A DNA stretch of 8,860 nt from an uncultured Nitrososphaerota archaeon (GTDB lineage: Archaea > Asgardarchaeota > Njordarchaeia > Njordarchaeales > Panguiarchaeaceae), in contig CAZVPA010000103.1 of the NCBI GenBank assembly GCA_964628995.1, positions 1-8,860 of the forward strand, written 5' to 3'. This document shows, piece by piece, positions 5,743-8,860 of this stretch. Each line of letters begins with the position of its first letter. Position 1 is the stretch's first letter. The position numbers and the translations under genes are program-made. Below the pieces are notes generated by a model that saw nothing but the letters and a program-made list of their open reading frames with translations, did no database searches and was not told the DNA's origin.

Positions 5743-7281
5743 TTGGAGTTGATATACCACAATAGGGTAGCGAGATATATTGTTTCGGAGGGTATGTATA
5801 GATTTGAACTCAAGGAGACATTCAAAAACACAGCAAACATACTTTTTCCTCTTTTTCTAAAGTTTTTTGATAATCAACCCATAAGTACTCTAATCAACTT
5901 TGATGTACTAGAATCAGAGTTTATGAAGTATGTAAAGAGAGAGAGGGTAGTATATAGATATCTAAAAAAATTTCTAGATGGATATAACCACGATAACATG
6001 AAAGATATGGTGATTTTTCTTGTTTTCAAAATGTTTGATATCGAAGTTTTGTTTCCAATAATAGCTGATGTATTGGTTAATGAACTATTTGTAGATGGAC
6101 ATGGAAGAAGAATCTATATAGACCACGCGTTACTCGGAAGGCGAGATACTGAAATATTGTTGAATTCCAGACAGATCAGCAATTTATTATTATTTATAAA
6201 AGTCTATGGAGACACTCTAATAGCGGGGATCAATCCATCGGCTAAAATAGACCTACGTTTTCATAATCAAAGATTGCGAATCAGTGTTGATTCGGATCGG
6301 AGGGGCAGAGTATCAATAGCTATAAGGAAACTCTCTAGTATTCCTCCATTCTTCTCTCTTATACGTGATGTAAACAACAGGAAGATCTTATCATTGATAG
6401 CCACGCTCATGGTATTCCGTCCAAATATTGTAATATTCGGAGAAACTGGTGCGGGTAAGACAACACTAGCTGGTATACTATTGAGTATTCTTCCAGACTC
6501 TTGGAGGATAATAACCATAGAAGATGTACTAGAAATACCAGATAAACTAATTGAAAACAAAAGAATTGTTAGGATTCTTGTCCCAACTTTCGAGACACGA
6601 TTGGTAGCTCCTTTAAGCCGGAATAAATTCATGGTGTTGAAGGAGACGGAGATAATAAAACTATTACATAGATCTCCAGATTTCTGCTTTATCAGCGAGA
6701 TACAGGATGCCTCTGATACGAGAGCGATCTTTCATGCATTTGCTGCTGGAATAAGGGGAATAGCTACCACGCATGCGCGGGATATCTATGGGTTACTAAA
6801 CAGATGGATGGGAATATATAATATCCCTTCCGAATGGGTCCACCTAATAGATATTCTAATTTTTATGGTAAGAGAGCTACATGGAGGGGGGATACGCAGA
6901 AGTATAGGATCTGTATATATCCCAATAAATGCATCATCGGGAAGCGCATTGGTCAGGGATGATTTATTTTTAACATACACAATCAAAAACCGCAGGATAG
7001 AGTTCATTAATATTCCATTAAGTAATGCTTTCTCTCTAGAGTATATCAAGAAAATACTAAGCGTATTTTTTCTAAAGCGATTAAACAGGCCATGTAACAG
7101 AAAAATAGGTACTCTTGTAGAATTATTTAATAATATCTATAATGCTCTTGGAAAGATGCTAAAACTTATAGGTGGCCAAGGGTTCTCTATTGATGATTCA
7201 CTTCAGGAAAGAGCGTTTACAATTTTTAGAGATATAGCAAAAAAAATCGAGAAAACAATCAATGAGACCCTAATGTGCTAG
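5743..7281 (+). CDS. Secretion-superfamily ATPase (FlaI/VirB11/GspE/TadA family), divergent
   Basis: 512 aa. N-domain signatures are VNELFVDG, RLRISV and IAIRKL. Walker A is GETGAGKTT (nt 6439-6465), the Asp box is RIITIEDVLEI, the Walker B region is DFCFISEIQD (family consensus GE(I/V)RD) and the His box is GIATTHA. The start is either TTG at 5743, preceded by GGTGG with a 6-nt spacer, or ATG at 5794, preceded by GGAGGG at very short spacing. A 69-nt gap from the TFB-like gene has no clear TATA, so co-transcription is possible. Confidence 0.85.
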   Translation: MELIYHNRVARYIVSEGMYRFELKETFKNTANILFPLFLKFFDNQPISTLINFDVLESEFMKYVKRERVVYRYLKKFLDGYNHDNMKDMVIFLVFKMFDIEVLFPIIADVLVNELFVDGHGRRIYIDHALLGRRDTEILLNSRQISNLLLFIKVYGDTLIAGINPSAKIDLRFHNQRLRISVDSDRRGRVSIAIRKLSSIPPFFSLIRDVNNRKILSLIATLMVFRPNIVIFGETGAGKTTLAGILLSILPDSWRIITIEDVLEIPDKLIENKRIVRILVPTFETRLVAPLSRNKFMVLKETEIIKLLHRSPDFCFISEIQDASDTRAIFHAFAAGIRGIATTHARDIYGLLNRWMGIYNIPSEWVHLIDILIFMVRELHGGGIRRSIGSVYIPINASSGSALVRDDLFLTYTIKNRRIEFINIPLSNAFSLEYIKKILSVFFLKRLNRPCNRKIGTLVELFNNIYNALGKMLKLIGGQGFSIDDSLQERAFTIFRDIAKKIEKTINETLMC

Positions 7282-7367
7282 ATGATTACTGGTATATGAC
7301 TATCTCAAATAGAAACTAATCGCGTCAGAAGTTAGTTAGGATTTAAATATGGTTTAATTAATAAATG

Positions 7368-7389
7368 AAATACTGTGTAAAAAGTATTT
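7368..7389 (+). other. AT-rich hairpin (AAATACT / AGTATTT, 8-nt loop) followed by a T-run, between the ATPase gene and tuf
   Basis: The 7-bp inverted repeat is seen directly and is followed by TTTTATT. It could be a termination signal for the ATPase transcript or part of the tuf promoter/5' UTR. The stem is weak and entirely A-T-rich. Confidence 0.25.
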
Positions 7390-7414
7390 TATTGAGTAAA
7401 GCAAGGGGATATCC

Positions 7415-8728
7415 ATGTCAAAAGCCAAAAAACCCCACGTAAATCTCGTAGTCATAGGCCACGTTGACCATGGAAAATCCACGCTGATGGGACATTTCCT
7501 ATACAAGATGGGTGCTATTGACGAGAGAATCATAGAGAAATATAGAAAGGAGGCTGCAGAAATAGGCCGAGAATCATGGGCATATGCATGGGTTCTCGAC
7601 ACATTAAAGGAGGAACGATCACGAGGACTAACGATAGACCCAACATACACGAAATTCGAGACGGACAAATACTTCTTCACACTGATTGATGCCCCAGGCC
7701 ACAGAGACTTCATAAAGAACATGATCTCTGGAACATCACAAGCAGATGCGGCAATACTAGTAGTCTCGGCAAAATCAAATGAATTCGAGGCAGGATTCAG
7801 CAGAGGCGGACAAACAAGAGAGCATGCGATTCTAGCTAAGATTCTAGGGATAAATAACCTGATAGTATGTGTAAATAAGATGGATGCCGTGGGCTATAAG
7901 AAGGATGCATACGAATACGTGAAGAGTGAATTATCGAAATTCCTGAAAACAATAGGCTTTAACTTAGATAGGGTACCCTTTGTACCAACAAGCGGTCTCA
8001 AGGGAGACAACTTGGTTGAAAAATCAGAAAATATGCCTTGGTATGATGGCCCAACACTAAAGGAGGCACTGGACAAATATATCGAGCCTCCACCAGTTCC
8101 GATAGATAAACCATTAAGGGTACCGATAGGGAAAGTTCTAAAGATAACAGGTGTAGGCACAGTTGCCACGGGCAGGGTGGCTACAGGCGTGCTAAAACCG
8201 GGCGATAAGGTGATAATAAATCCACCTCAAATACGCACAGTTGCTCAATCTATTGAAATGCATCACACAAAGCTTGACCAAGCAATACCTGGAGATAATA
8301 TAGGGATAAACCTCAAGGGTGTGGCGGTGACAGACATAAAGCGAGGGGATGTCCTAGGACATGAAACTAATCCTCCCACGATAATCGGTCCAGAGGTTGC
8401 TCGGGTCCTTGCGAGGATATCCGTCGTGTGGCATCCTACATCGATAGCGGCCGGCTATACACCTGTACTGCATGCCCACACACTTCAAATAGCTACTCGG
8501 TTTGTGAAGATAAAAGCCAAATATGCGCCCACGGGCGAGCTTATCGAGGAAAATCCGTCCTTCATCAAGACTGGCGATGCTGCTGATGTCATACTTGAAC
8601 CAATAAAGAAGTGTGTTTTAGAAAAAGCAGCGGAATTCCCACAGCTTGGTCGTTTCGCGATTAGAGATATGGGCCAGCTAATTGCTGTGGGCATAGTTAG
8701 GGATATTCTTCCACCAGACGCAGAATAA
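7415..8728 (+). CDS. tuf: Translation elongation factor EF-1alpha (aEF1A)
   Basis: 437 aa. G1 is GHVDHGKST, G3 is DAPGHRDF, G4 is NKMD, and RGLTID plus the domain II/III sequences (GTVATGRVATG) are typical of archaeal EF-1alpha. An AAGGGGAT SD-like motif lies just upstream of the ATG. Confidence 0.97.
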   Translation: MSKAKKPHVNLVVIGHVDHGKSTLMGHFLYKMGAIDERIIEKYRKEAAEIGRESWAYAWVLDTLKEERSRGLTIDPTYTKFETDKYFFTLIDAPGHRDFIKNMISGTSQADAAILVVSAKSNEFEAGFSRGGQTREHAILAKILGINNLIVCVNKMDAVGYKKDAYEYVKSELSKFLKTIGFNLDRVPFVPTSGLKGDNLVEKSENMPWYDGPTLKEALDKYIEPPPVPIDKPLRVPIGKVLKITGVGTVATGRVATGVLKPGDKVIINPPQIRTVAQSIEMHHTKLDQAIPGDNIGINLKGVAVTDIKRGDVLGHETNPPTIIGPEVARVLARISVVWHPTSIAAGYTPVLHAHTLQIATRFVKIKAKYAPTGELIEENPSFIKTGDAADVILEPIKKCVLEKAAEFPQLGRFAIRDMGQLIAVGIVRDILPPDAE

Positions 8729-8729
8729 A

Positions 8730-8767
8730 TTTTTGCTTGATCCTCTTTTTTAATTATTCCATTTTTT
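8730..8767 (+). terminator. Cluster of oligo-T tracts downstream of tuf
   Basis: T5 (8730-8734), T6 (8746-8751) and T6 (8762-8767) all lie within 40 nt of the TAA stop. Oligo-T runs are the known archaeal RNA polymerase termination signal. Confidence 0.45.
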
Positions 8768-8860
8768 ATCATTGGATTGATATTTGGATCTGATATGTGG
8801 TGTTCTTCGTATGTCTGGTGAACCTACAGAAGGGGAAGAGCTTCTGATTGATGAGAAGTT

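Noticed and set aside
4640-7414. Integrated mobile element carrying the TFB-like and ATPase genes, next to the RNA gene.
   Set aside because: I saw no integrase, transposase or flanking direct repeats by eye, and the lower GC is only a sampled impression. It is retained as one hypothesis inside the finding rather than annotated as a mobile element.
269-8772. Thirteen track ORFs of 60-150 aa lying antisense to, or out of frame within, the large genes: 269-541, 409-684, 818-1000, 993-1217, 1746-2198, 3287-3700, 3385-3606, 5235-5420, 6267-6632, 6786-7049, 7354-7722, 7894-8169 and 8485-8772.
   Set aside because: Each is fully or largely embedded in a much longer ORF with recognisable family motifs. 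Their translations are low-complexity (S/L/I/F/P-rich) with no motifs. They are shadow ORFs.
8811-8860. Open frame starting at ATG 8811 (MSGEPTEGEELLIDEK...) that runs off the window.
   Set aside because: Only 16 codons are visible and they match no motif, including ribosomal protein S10, which often follows tuf. That is too little evidence to call a CDS.
1-8860. CRISPR arrays, tandem repeats and IS-type terminal inverted repeats.
   Set aside because: I found no regularly spaced direct repeats anywhere in the window. The only notable repeats are the 9-nt pair and the stem arms at the 5S locus and the 18-nt AT palindrome.

Overview
Archaeal chromosomal window. It is AT-rich, with one 150-nt block (4471-4620) that I hand-count at 106/150 G+C against about 20% GC in its flanks, which is the usual look of a structured RNA in a thermophile. 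Supported genes: KH/Dim2-like RNA-binding protein (-), Roadblock/MglB-like protein (-), small Ras-superfamily GTPase with an MglA-type TxxGQ switch II and an N-terminal longin/roadblock-like domain (-), a small hypothetical protein (+), cysteinyl-tRNA synthetase (-), a 5S rRNA locus (-), a TFB/TFIIB cyclin-core-like protein with no Zn-ribbon (+), a FlaI/VirB11/GspE-family secretion-type ATPase (+), and EF-1alpha (+). I saw no CRISPR array, transposase, integrase or tRNA. The main finding is the 5S rRNA gene. Every universal 5S element is present, but the 3' half lies upstream of the 5' half. The two helix I strands are joined directly by a UUCG tetraloop, the unit is bounded by a 9-nt direct repeat spaced exactly one unit (122 nt) apart, and an interrupted 24-bp leader/trailer stem encloses it. 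This is the architecture of a circularly permuted RNA gene, as known for permuted tRNAs, Thermoproteus SRP RNA and Pyrococcus 23S, and I do not recall it being described for an archaeal 5S rRNA. Secondary leads are the GTPase plus Roadblock module co-oriented with the KH gene, and the Zn-ribbon-less TFB-like protein paired with an orphan secretion ATPase between the 5S locus and tuf.
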